Assembly (NCBI RefSeq): GCF_006345805.1
Contig: NC_043010.1
Location: 20,770,001 to 20,834,000, forward strand
Source: Octopus sinensis
Lineage: Eukaryota
Length of the DNA: 64,000 nucleotides
Direction of reading: 5' to 3'
The position numbers and the translations under genes are program-made. Under the pieces are notes generated by a model. That model saw nothing but the letters and a program-made list of their open reading frames with translations. It was not told where the DNA came from and ran no database searches. Shown in pieces: positions 54,221 through 64,000 of this stretch (position 1 is the first letter of the stretch; each line of letters begins with the position of its first letter).

Positions 54221-54450
54221 ATATTATATATATATATATTCATGTGTGTGCATTTGTGTTTGTCTTACGCCATCACTTGGCAACCGATGTTGGTGTGTTT
54301 ATGTTCCCGAAACTTAGCGGTTTGGCAAAAGAGACCGATAGAATAAATACTAGGCTTGCAAATAATAAGTCCTCGAGTTGATTTGTTCACCTAAAGGCGG
54401 TGCCCCAGCATGGCCGCAGTCAAATGAGTGTAACGTGTAAAAGAGTAAAA
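53995..54450 (+). mobile_element. SINE family B, full length
   Basis: ggcgcaggcgtggctgtgtggtaag head, internal microsatellite, tail. Confidence 0.85.
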
Positions 54451-56470
54451 GAACTAAAGAATATTAAGGTGGCGAGCAGGCAGAATCTTTAGCGTCTCAA
54501 ACAAAATGCTTAGCGGTATTTCGTCTGCCGTTACGTTCCGAGTTCAAATTCCGCCGAGGTCGACTTTGCCTCTCATCAATAAAATAAATAGCAGTCGAGC
54601 ACTGGAGTTGGCGTAATCGATTTATACTCCTTCTAAATTGCTGACCTTGTGCCAAAATTTGAAACTTGTGTTGTGAAGTGGTAGACTTGTAGAGTGTCAG
54701 GTAAAGTGCCTTGTGGAATTTGGTGGCGCCCTTTACTTCTTTTGTGCATAGAGAATCTCACGTTGGTCAACAATGTCGTTCATCCTTTGGGGGCCGATAA
54801 AATAAAGTACATGTCAAATGTGTGTGTGGGGGGAGGTATACTTAAAATGCGGCTAAGACGGGAATGGAATTATATTTGAACAGACTTCTTAGATACACAT
54901 ATAAAACTTGAAAAATAAATGGATGGGATGGTCACGGCTAGAATGTTTTGCTTAGAGGCGGACTCGAATAACACCAAGAACAACAAAACCGTGAGATTAT
55001 TATGATTATTCTAAGCGGTTAAATGAAGCTGTATAAATTTGCGTTTTGAAATTAAATAAGTATAAAAAATGGGGAGGAATGTAGAAAGAGTGACCGTTTT
55101 TTTTTCCAAGGGAAAGATCAAAGAACCATATTGATATGAAGCAAGTTAAAAGTATTGGATGTAAACAGTGACGTCATTCAACAGCTGTTAAGTGTTAATT
55201 TCATTCTGTGTATTTTACGTCAGAATAATCTACCGCGAATGTTTCACGCAAACACCGTGTTTTGACCACAAAACACCTGTAAACACGGCCGATCGCATGT
55301 TACGCTGTAATTTTCAAATAAAAGAAAATGTATTTACAACACATACAATCAATTTGACTATGGGAAAAAAATTAGAATGTTTCATTCTGTTCTCTCATTA
55401 AAGACAATACATGTCAACAAAGGCCCGAAGCGTTTCGCTCTCAAATGCATGATTTTGTTTGCTTTGAACTCTTGAATATGAATAATGTATTTTAGAACAA
55501 CCATTTAAGTGTGATAAGTTGTGCGAAAAGATATTAAAACGAATTCATTTATAAAAGAAAATATCGGAGAACGTAGCTTGTTTACATTGAAACAAATCGT
55601 TGCACCTATCCCTTTTATTGTGAATAAACCACCTGCAGCAATACCTTTGGGTCATTTAAAAAGCAAAGAATTGCCAATGGAATATTTTGTTTTAAGCATA
55701 AATATCGTGGGTGTTCACTCCATTTCCTTTTCCGCACAGCATTTCTGTCGACAGGACAACTCAACTTTAAATTTTTTTTTCCACACTGACGAAGCTGGAT
55801 TTTCGTTATGCATTTAATGAATATATATTAAATATTGGTAAAAAATTTAATATTGGTGTGACTTTTATTTTTGGTTTTAGTAATCCTGAAGGTACCCATC
55901 TCCTGTGCAGGATATAAGAGTCGTTGTGGAGGCACATGGCCTAGTGGTTAGAGCACTAATTCCTAATTTCCTAATTCTGCTCTACGCCTACATACTCTCC
56001 TCACCGACGAGACCTAATTGGGGACCAATTTACTCCTCGATTATGTCGTATTGGGTCATATGGTTAAGGATAGAAGGTTTGCACCAGATTTTGATGGAAC
56101 TTCTTTACATCTTTTCATCGAGCGATATTGTATCTTCTTCATATAGAACAGGGTTTGATGGAATGTCGATAAGGATAGACATTTTTAGGGACTTTCCCTT
56201 CAGTAAGGAGGAGAGAAATGGAGGAAGGCTTTCGTGGAGTTGCTGTCACAAGTTTCCCTCAGAATCTGTCTTCTGCCTTTTCAGCCTGGTTCACCACACA
56301 ACCTCTTTCGCTAAGTCTACAAGATAGAAAAACACTACCTATCCTTCCCGGCCGAAGGAAAGCGGAGGGACAATTTTCACAATGGACTCATCCTACACGC
56401 GACAACAGGTGTTTGGCATAACCCCCAAATCAACAATACTCAGGCACTGGAAGGCAGCGAGCTGGCAGAA

Positions 56471-56707
56471 GCTATTTCTTTACTACCCACAAGAAGGTAA
56501 ACACAGAGGGGACAAACAAGGACAGACAAACGGATTAAGTCGATTATATCGACCCCAGTGCGTAACTGGTACTTAATTTATCGACCCCGAAAGGATGAAA
56601 GGCAAAGTCGACCTCGGCGGAATTTGAACTCAGAACGTAACGGCAGACGAAATACGGCTACGCATTTCGCCCGGCATGCTTAACGATTCTGCCAGCTCGC
56701 CGCCTTT
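56471..56707 (-). mobile_element. SINE A inserted in inverted orientation into a SINE A head
   Basis: 14-bp TSD gcgagctgg(c/t)agaa at 56457-56470 and 56708-56721. Confidence 0.85.
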
Positions 56708-56725
56708 GCGAGCTGGTAGAATCGT

Positions 56726-58366
56726 CAGCCGTGTGTGATGCTTCGTGTTTTTTCGTCTGTGTAAGTTGAATGGTTCAGGGTTGTATTTGGTTTGCGTAAT
56801 TGTTTTGGATTTTGCTGTTCGCAGCGGCGGTGTTGTTTAAGAAATGGCAAGGAGGAACAGGTATTCTGACCTCGGTGAGTCGGACCTTCGGAGGAGGAAC
56901 TGGCGAGAGCGGTCAACAGACTGGATATGGCGTTGGAAGGAAGAAGGACTTTCGCAGGAGCAATGAAACCAACAAGTAAAGAGGTTAACCTTGCTAAGTT
57001 ACCGGACGGCCAAAACTGGGTGAAGAAGGTAGGCGGTAATGTGGAACTGTCTCCGCCAAGGAAAACGATAAAGAGTTTTGAAAGGAAAGCTATTACATAC
57101 ATGGTGTTTGCGACATAAAAAAGAAAAATGAATACAGTCAGAATGGAAACCGTGGAGGAGGCATTACGGCCAACAGCAGAGAAAGTAATATTCCTGACAA
57201 GAGGGAATAAGTATGGTACTGTCGTTGTGCAGTTCGAGTCGGAGGCAGTCGCTAGGAGGATGGCAGCAAGGTCTATCAAAACAGAAAACATATTTTTCTG
57301 CCCTCCTATCTTGGCAGGAAGACGTCCCGAATCAGGGTGGAAGGAATCCCGCTCGACATAGAAGCTGAATGGGTAGTGTCAGCCATCCTCATTGACAATG
57401 AGGATAAGGTGAACATACTGCAGGCCACGATTACGGATGAAGGCAACTGGAAAGGAGGAGTATTGGAGATGAGCGTCCAGGCGGAAGGTGAAGTCCTGGA
57501 GCGCTTAACAGAGGTGATCACAATGGGAGACATAAGTATGCGAGTATGGGTGGAGGGCAGAGCACCTCGATGTCTTAAATGCGGCCTGAAAGGCCACATA
57601 AGAGCTAACTGCTCTCCACCAACAAAGGAACCAACGAAGGAGCCCGTAAAAGAGATAGAAGATACCCGGGAGCCGCAAGAGGTACAGAGAAAGACAAGAA
57701 AAGTTGGAAGATAAAACAGATTGGGAAACCAATGGTAAAAGGAAGAAGAGAAAAAGAAAGAAGGCAAGTTATTATGAACCCCAATCCACCCCAGCACCAC
57801 CCACACCCTCTTCGTCCCACCCTTCCCCTACAGACACAAAACCTACCCACTATCCGCCAACAAGAAAACAAAAAACAGACACACAGAACAACTTACAAAA
57901 TCCACCCCCCACTTTAGGTTTATTAGACAAGGAAGACGAGGATCCGTTGGAAATATTAAGGGACTGGGATGGAGTCAAATTGCCGGATAGTTGGGATGGG
58001 GAGGAATGTATAGAGGTACTTTTAACGGGAAAACAAGTGAAAGAACTTGAAAATGAACTGAACAATGTTTTTTATTAGTAAGAAAGGAAATAGACCCGGA
58101 CAAGAAAAAAGAACTAGAAAACAGTACGGGGTGAAAATAGGGGACTATGTATTTTTCGAACGACTGTAAGAAGAGGACCTAGGAAAAGAGGACAGGTAAG
58201 CGACGTTTTCCGATGGGGCGGGTAGCATCACTTTCATCTTTCATTTTCACCCTCTCATTTTTATCATACGTTTTGTTTTGGTGGGTGGGGCGTTGGGGGC
58301 ATTTTATGTCCCTAATGTGTTGTTTGTTTCTCATCTTTGTCAGCCCGTCCTGGGTAATGAAGAAAT
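56726..58366 (+). mobile_element. ORF1-only L1/Tx1-type element (HAL1-like), decayed gag-like ORF at about 56844-58078
   Basis: 5' UTR, ATG, RRM-like GTVVVQFESE, CX2CX4HX4C knuckle CLKCGLKGHIRANC (57571-57612), one stop and several frameshifts, no ORF2; TSD tagaatcgt (56717-56725 / 58367-58375). Confidence 0.75.
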
Positions 58367-59069
58367 TAGAATCGTTAGCACGACGAGCAAAATGCTTAGC
58401 AGTATTTCGTCTGCCGTTACGTTCTGAGTTCAAATTACGCCGAGGTCGACTTTGCCTTTCATCCTTTCAGCGTCGATTTCATCCATTTACGCACTGGGAT
58501 CGATGTAATCGACTTAATCCGTTTGTCTGTCCTTGTTTGTCCTCCCTGTGTTTAGCCCTTTCAAGGGTAGTAAAGAAATAGGTATTTCGTCTGCCGGTAT
58601 TTCGTTCTGAGTTCAAATACCGCCGAGGTCAACTTTGCCTTTCATCCTTTCGGGGACGATTAAATAAGTACGAGTACGTAACTGGTACTTATTTAATCAA
58701 CTTTATCCCTTTGTCTGCCCTTCTTTGTCCCCTCTTTATTTAACCCCCTGTGGGCAATAAAGAAATAAATACTTAGGCACTGGATGAGTGATGCAGAACA
58801 GTTTCGTCACTTTATGCGCATCTTGTGCAGGACCGGCTGACAAGCATTTCCGTGCCTGTTGAATCTCTCTCGAACCAGCAATGTCCCAACCCCCGGTAGC
58901 ACTGTTAGTCCAGAGATTTCTGAAAATTATTCATAGATCCCCGACCTGTGAGCTCTCCGGCACAGAAAGCTCGTTTGATTCCCGTTGACAATTAAAGTCT
59001 CCCTTAGAATGTCATTGCCTTTGCCCGCCATTAAACCTCTATAGAATACCATTTAATTATATCATTACT

Positions 59070-59480
59070 AATCTTTTCTACTATAGGTACAAGGCCTGAA
59101 ACTTTGGGGGAGGGCTTAAGTCCATTACATCGACCCCACTGCTTAGCTGTACTTCTTTTATCAACTCCGAAAGGATGAAAGGCAAAGACGACCTCGGCGG
59201 AGTTTGAACTCAGAACGTAAAGACGGACGAAATGCCGCTAAGCATTTTACCCGGCGTGGTAACGATTCTGCCAGATCGCCGTCTTACTTTCTACAATACG
59301 CATAAATCCTGAAATTTTGGTGAAGGGGGGCTATTCGATTGCATTGACCCCAGTACTTGACTAGAGCTTATATCGACCCCGAAAGAATGAAAGGGCAAGT
59401 CAATCTGGCGGAATTTGAACTCACAACGTAAAGACGGTAGGAACGCCGCTAACCATTCTGCCAGCTTGCCCTCTTATCTG
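59070..59480 (-). mobile_element. Two SINE A copies, tail type 2
   Basis: Cores at about 59175 and 59385. Confidence 0.78.
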
Positions 59481-59499
59481 TAACAACAGTAATAATCTC

Positions 59500-60330
59500 T
59501 TTATCGACTTCTAGACTTCTAAGGATTTACACGCAGATCGAGGATGGTGCAATACAATGCGATATGATGTGATTCGATGTGAGGCTACACGAAAGCGTAT
59601 AAACAATAAAATAGCAAAAAACAAACTAGAAAATTTCCCCAAAAGTGTGCGGAGGAGACTTTTAAGGACCGCCCGTGGAAACCCCAGTCACCCTCACCAC
59701 TACGGTAAGTGTCCCCTCCTCCCTAAATCTATAGGCGTATGCTTGGAGAAGGCCTGTTTATCCGGACCATTGTTGCCACCCTCACTCCTTTTCAACAAAT
59801 TTGCTGCACTTCACTTTCCCCTCGCACTTTCCTTTTCAAGTGGAACTTGAAAAAGTTGGTGAAGGCTTGACCAAAGAGAAAAGTGTATGGTTTTGTTATT
59901 GTATTTTGGTCGCTGCTGCTGCTGCCGTTGCAGCTGTTGCTTTCTGTTTTTAAATCTGCTACTGATTTTACTGTTGAAAAGAAAAAAACCTTTGGTCGTC
60001 TTGTTGTAGTTGAAGGCTTTTCGTTGACGCCCGACACCACTGGGAGGTGGTCCCCGAAGTCGCTGGAAATGGAGATCTCCAGGTCCAAATTCTTGAATGG
60101 CAGTTGCTGCTGCTGTGGCTGTTTGTTTAGTTTCGTGCTGTTGGTGTTGTAGCTGCTGGAAGCAATGGACCCTACAGGTTTTCGCTTTCTGTTGCAGTCA
60201 AAAGACTTGCAATTGGTTCTTATCACCACATATATGACACCTGTGTCTTCTGTCCTTATATGGAGTTCGGCAAATATCGAAAAAGCTACACTTCTCTGAT
60301 AAAATCTTAGAAAGCTTAACTATATCTAGA
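59500..60330 (-). mobile_element. Internally deleted Tx1-like element (ORF1 knuckle/low-complexity region fused to ORF2 end and 3' UTR)
   Basis: YKDRRHRCHICGDKNQ upstream; TFLFGQAFTNFFKFHLKRKV matches the 6300-6370 family. Confidence 0.6.
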
Positions 60331-61136
60331 ATTATCACATTGATGTCCAAAGTTTACCCTAATTCATGTTGATTAGCTGTGGAGGAAATAATAATTAACC
60401 GGCTCTGGTTGGAAGATAACTTTCTCCCTTTCTCTCACTAACCTCAACTGTATGGAAAAGCTAAAAGTGTCACAGGCGTTACACATCCCTGAATAAATAT
60501 TTAAAATTGAGGAAGTAAGAAAACTTTATTCCTCCTCATTGTAAGCGCAATTCTAATAGTAATTCACCGTCGCTTCTACCTGACCGGATAATATATTATA
60601 AGTATTAGAAGGGTTTTATTTGCTTTCTATTTTTAAAGATATATTGAATGAAATAAATGTAGCACACTTGACGCTTTAGTTTTTCAATATCTCTGAAGTT
60701 GATTGGAAGAATGGGGAAAGTAAACTTCAAACTAGACAACTGGCGAGAGTTCATGTTCGGATGGAACTTTACTAAAGATATTCAAGGAACAGGCGGCTTG
60801 TTAAGCACTGGATTAAGATGCAAAAATACCCCGTGTAGAAAAAAAAAGAAAAAAAGAAAGAAAAAATAGAATCCCCACGAAACCTCAGTTCCTTCAGTTT
60901 AGCAATTCTCTAGCAATTCTCTAAATCACCCCGCTACCCAACACTCTGCTACTTTATTGATTCCAAAACGATGAAAAGAAGGTTACCGCTTGATACTTTA
61001 TTTTTATCGCCGATGAAAGAATAAAGAGCGAAGGCGACCTCGGTGGGATTTGAAATCAAGGCACAAAGATCCGGAACAATTGCTGCAAAGTTCGAACAAC
61101 TGACTGAATTCTAATTAACCGATATTTCAGAATTGT

Positions 61137-61370
61137 GAAGGCGGCGAGCTGGCAGAATCGTTAGCACGCCGGGCGAAATGCGTAGCTGTATTTCGTCTGC
61201 CGTTACGTTCTGAGTTCAAATTGCGCCGGGGTCTACTTTGCCTTTCATCCTTTCGGGGTCGATACATTAAATACCAGTTACGCACTGGGGTCGATATAAT
61301 CAACTTAATCCGTTTGTCTGTCCTTGTTTGTCCCCTCTATGCTTAGCCCCTTGTGGGTAATAAAGAAACA
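61137..61370 (+). mobile_element. SINE A monomer, tail type 1, 16-bp TSD
   Basis: gatatttcagaattgt at 61121-61136 and 61371-61386. Confidence 0.93.
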
Positions 61371-62060
61371 GATATTTCAGAATTGTCTCCCCTACCAAAC
61401 GTGATCAAGTTGAAGGAGGGAGCCATTGACTTCTCCTCGTTGTCTTGTTTTATTTCTTTGCACAACATCTCATGAAATATCTTAGCACTGACTTAACTAT
61501 TACAAATATCATCCGTTTCCCATATCTACAGTTGCAATATCGCATTCATCTACACGAGCCTACCGGCCTACTATTAATTTTTACCCGTTCAAATTTATCT
61601 TCATCACATCAAAGTTGTGAATCAGTAGTCATTGTAGCAAAGGATGAAATGCCTTCTGGTATTTGTTCTTGCTCTCTGCGTCCCGACTTCAAGTTCCTTT
61701 CAGGTTAATATTGCCTTTGATCAGTCTCCGGTATCGATAAACTAAAGTAGCAAACCCGAGCAGAATTGCTATAACTTCGGATGCTTTGTCTTATTTGTTA
61801 TCACACTTTGGGTTCTGAGTCCTTGGGTGTTAGACAAATTATCATCCGGTTTAACTCCATCACACAGTCCATGGGTTTCATTTCGCAGAGTTCTTTCTAA
61901 TTAAAGATTCAGGATTGATTTCCGGTTTGAAGATAACGTCCTCCCTTCGACCCATCAGACGCTAAGGAGACGCGATCTGTTTTTTTTTCTCCCTGGTTCA
62001 ATGGTAAAACCATTGAATATTTCCGAATATTTAGTCTTTGAAAGTTGTCAAAATAAATAA

Positions 62061-62101
<41 letters not shown>

Positions 62102-63202
62102 CACACATGCAGATTACTACACTTAAGGTAGTAAGCTGAAATTAATTAGCTGTTGTAACTTAGAGGAATTAGTAATTTGCGTTAATTAAAATTCTTATTA
62201 GGGTTATAATTTCGATGAGTTAAAAAGTAGTTTCCGCTCACTTAATCATGTATGATAACTAGTATACTTAACTGTATGTTACTCATGCAGAAGACCCACG
62301 TGGGGAACTTTTTTTGCAGTGTCATTTCAACAAATAACAAATTATTACACTGAACGTGGGTGCTTATATGTGGTCACTCGATCGACTAGAAATAGCAGAC
62401 AACTCTTCCTCAAATTATACCTTATTGCTAGAAGAATCAATGATTGGTTGGTGTTCTTTGAAATGCCTTTGGTAATAAATCTTCTCAGTAAGTGTTTAAT
62501 GTTTAAACTATGGTTTTCTTGAGACAGATATCACTCCTCAACAAGAATGTTCTTCTATTTAGATGTCCGTTTCTTAAACTCAACGAGATCTCATCTGAGA
62601 ATATCAGGGCTCAAACGACGCATTCAAGTTAGGACTATCCCAACAGTTTTTCTCAATTTAATATCAAAATATTCAATACAGTTTGAATTTTGTATATTTT
62701 GGGGGGGCATCAGGCGATGAGAATGTGATTAAAGGGAGATTTGGTCGGTCTTTTATTGTCGTTTTCGTTGCTTAATTCAACTAGGCCCTGAATTAACAAA
62801 CCTATGATCAAATAAATTTCAACCATCCTATATTTTAAGACGCATGTCTAAAACTACAGTATTCAGGGTGTCCTTTCCTTCTCTGAGCCAGTAAGGTTAT
62901 AACAACACAAAACCCTGACTTCAAAATAAGAAGTTCAAGGAAATTCCCCCTGAAATATGATATAGACTTTTATTATTCATCGCCAGTAATAATCTCCCTA
63001 ATGGTGTGGTAAAAATTGGTTGAATATCTTGTTTCATGGTTTATTACATGTTTAATGGTTTTATTTTTGTACACATATGTTGCCTTCCAAATGGTTTCTA
63101 ATATTTTCATTGGCGCTACTGTCTACGATAAATGACTTTTGTTCATTATTAAAGATTATTACATATTTTAATTGCTTCTTTTTGTTTTGTTTCTGTTGAC
63201 AG

Positions 63203-64000
63203 ATTTATTCCACGGTAACAATTACGTTTATTATACTTTCCGTAATATCTTTCATCGTAGTTACTCATCCTTGCTGCCGAATACAAGGCGATCGGGATTT
63301 TTTTGGAATGGTACACTTAAACGAAACGAGGGAGCAGGAATTTACCTCCATGCCTCATCCTGCGTTTATTGTAATTGATTTAGTTTGTCTCGCATTCTTT
63401 ACATGCGATTTGGCAATCAAATACTTCAGTTATCCAAACAGGAAGCTTTTCTTCATAAATGTATTGAATCTTGTGGATATTGCTTCGGTCTTACCTGATT
63501 TTATCGCTATTTTTATTAGCACTACACTGGATGTAGAAAAGGCCAATGAAGTAATGCACTACGTCAATATTTTAGGGTTATTTCGTTCCCTCAGGATTTT
63601 CCGATTGGCACGTTACGTCCCAGGATTGTGGATTTTGTTCTACACATTCAAAGCCAGTATCTGGGATTTGTTGTTGATGAACGGCTTTATGATGGTCGGT
63701 ATGATTGTATTTGCGACTTTAATTTATCATGCAGAAGATGATAATTTCAACAATATTCCTATTAGTCTGTGGTGGGCGCTGGTCACTATGACTACAGTTG
63801 GTTATGGAGATATGTTCCCATCAAATTTCTTTGGCTATATAGTTGGTTCCCTTTGCGCTATCACCGGCGTGTTAATGGTTGCTTTCACTGTTCCGATTAT
63901 TGTCAATAATTTCCTCATGTATTACACGTATTACATACACATTCAATCCAAACAAGAACTAAAGAGACGTCGGGAAAAACATAAGAAAAACGTTGAAAAA
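63203..64000 (+). CDS. Voltage-gated K+ channel, Shaw/Kv3-like, coding exon 2 (S1-S6, pore; 266 codons, 3' end beyond window)
   Basis: Manually translated open frame: S2 IDLVCLAFFTCDLAIKYF, S3 NLVDIASVLPDFI, S4 NILGLFRSLRIFRLARY, pore IPISLWWALVTMTTVGYGDMFP (63791-63811 = TTVGYGD), S6 GSLCAITGVLMVAFTVPIIVNNF. The pore/S6 is close to Drosophila Shaw as I recall it (LWWALVTMTTVGYGDM). Confidence 0.95.
   Translation, partial: MYSTVTITFIILSVISFIVVTHPCCRIQGDRDFFGMVHLNETREQEFTSMPHPAFIVIDLVCLAFFTCDLAIKYFSYPNRKLFFINVLNLVDIASVLPDFIAIFISTTLDVEKANEVMHYVNILGLFRSLRIFRLARYVPGLWILFYTFKASIWDLLLMNGFMMVGMIVFATLIYHAEDDNFNNIPISLWWALVTMTTVGYGDMFPSNFFGYIVGSLCAITGVLMVAFTVPIIVNNFLMYYTYYIHIQSKQELKRRREKHKKNVEK

Larger units (their letters stand above)
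56215..59040 (-). mobile_element. Tx1 ORF2 3' fragment (56215-56450 plus 58768-59040) split by nested insertions
   Basis: CTRC..DETVLH..QC continues across the break into DLG..LLSRVG..ESIVKI..AKEVVW; 16-bp TSD aatact(c/t)aggcactgg at 56435-56450 and 58768-58783. Confidence 0.75.

Noticed and set aside
55740-55817. FFHTDEAGFSL as a Tc1/mariner catalytic motif
   Set aside because: An isolated short match without the other DDE/D motifs or TIRs.
63172-63378. 68-aa ORF in the track
   Set aside because: Wrong frame; the channel frame starts at 63203 and has no stop in the window.

Overview
AT-rich, microsatellite-dense eukaryotic DNA. The repeat families match those I recall from octopus (coleoid cephalopod) genomes; the organism is my inference. 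The window holds one host gene on the + strand, a divergent Shaw/Kv3-like voltage-gated K+ channel subunit. Exon 1 (13184-13750) encodes the T1 domain with an intact HX5CX20CC Zn motif. A 49,452-bp phase-0 GT-AG intron follows (13751-63202). Exon 2 (63203 to the window end) encodes S1-S6 with TTVGYGD and is missing from the ORF track because it has no stop. The channel has a reduced-charge S4 and a TVP instead of PVP gate. The rest is transposon debris: roughly 35-40 units (by eye) of one tRNA-derived SINE, often in 184-bp head-to-tail arrays; two other SINE families; (AAT)n-associated Dong/R4 LINEs; Tx1/L1, RTE, Gypsy, Tc1, maT, hAT and pogo MITE, Helitron-like and Penelope-like remnants. The most notable unexplained structures are: (i) a 3' tail shared by the SINE, a Tx1-type LINE end and an ORF1-only element, with repeated insertion into SINE heads; (ii) minimal hammerhead ribozyme motifs, two of them sense to the channel pre-mRNA; (iii) a cryptic old cassette repeated four to five times between 33 and 50 kb; (iv) several templated or inverted duplications. 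Repeat boundaries are approximate unless a target-site duplication (TSD) is quoted.
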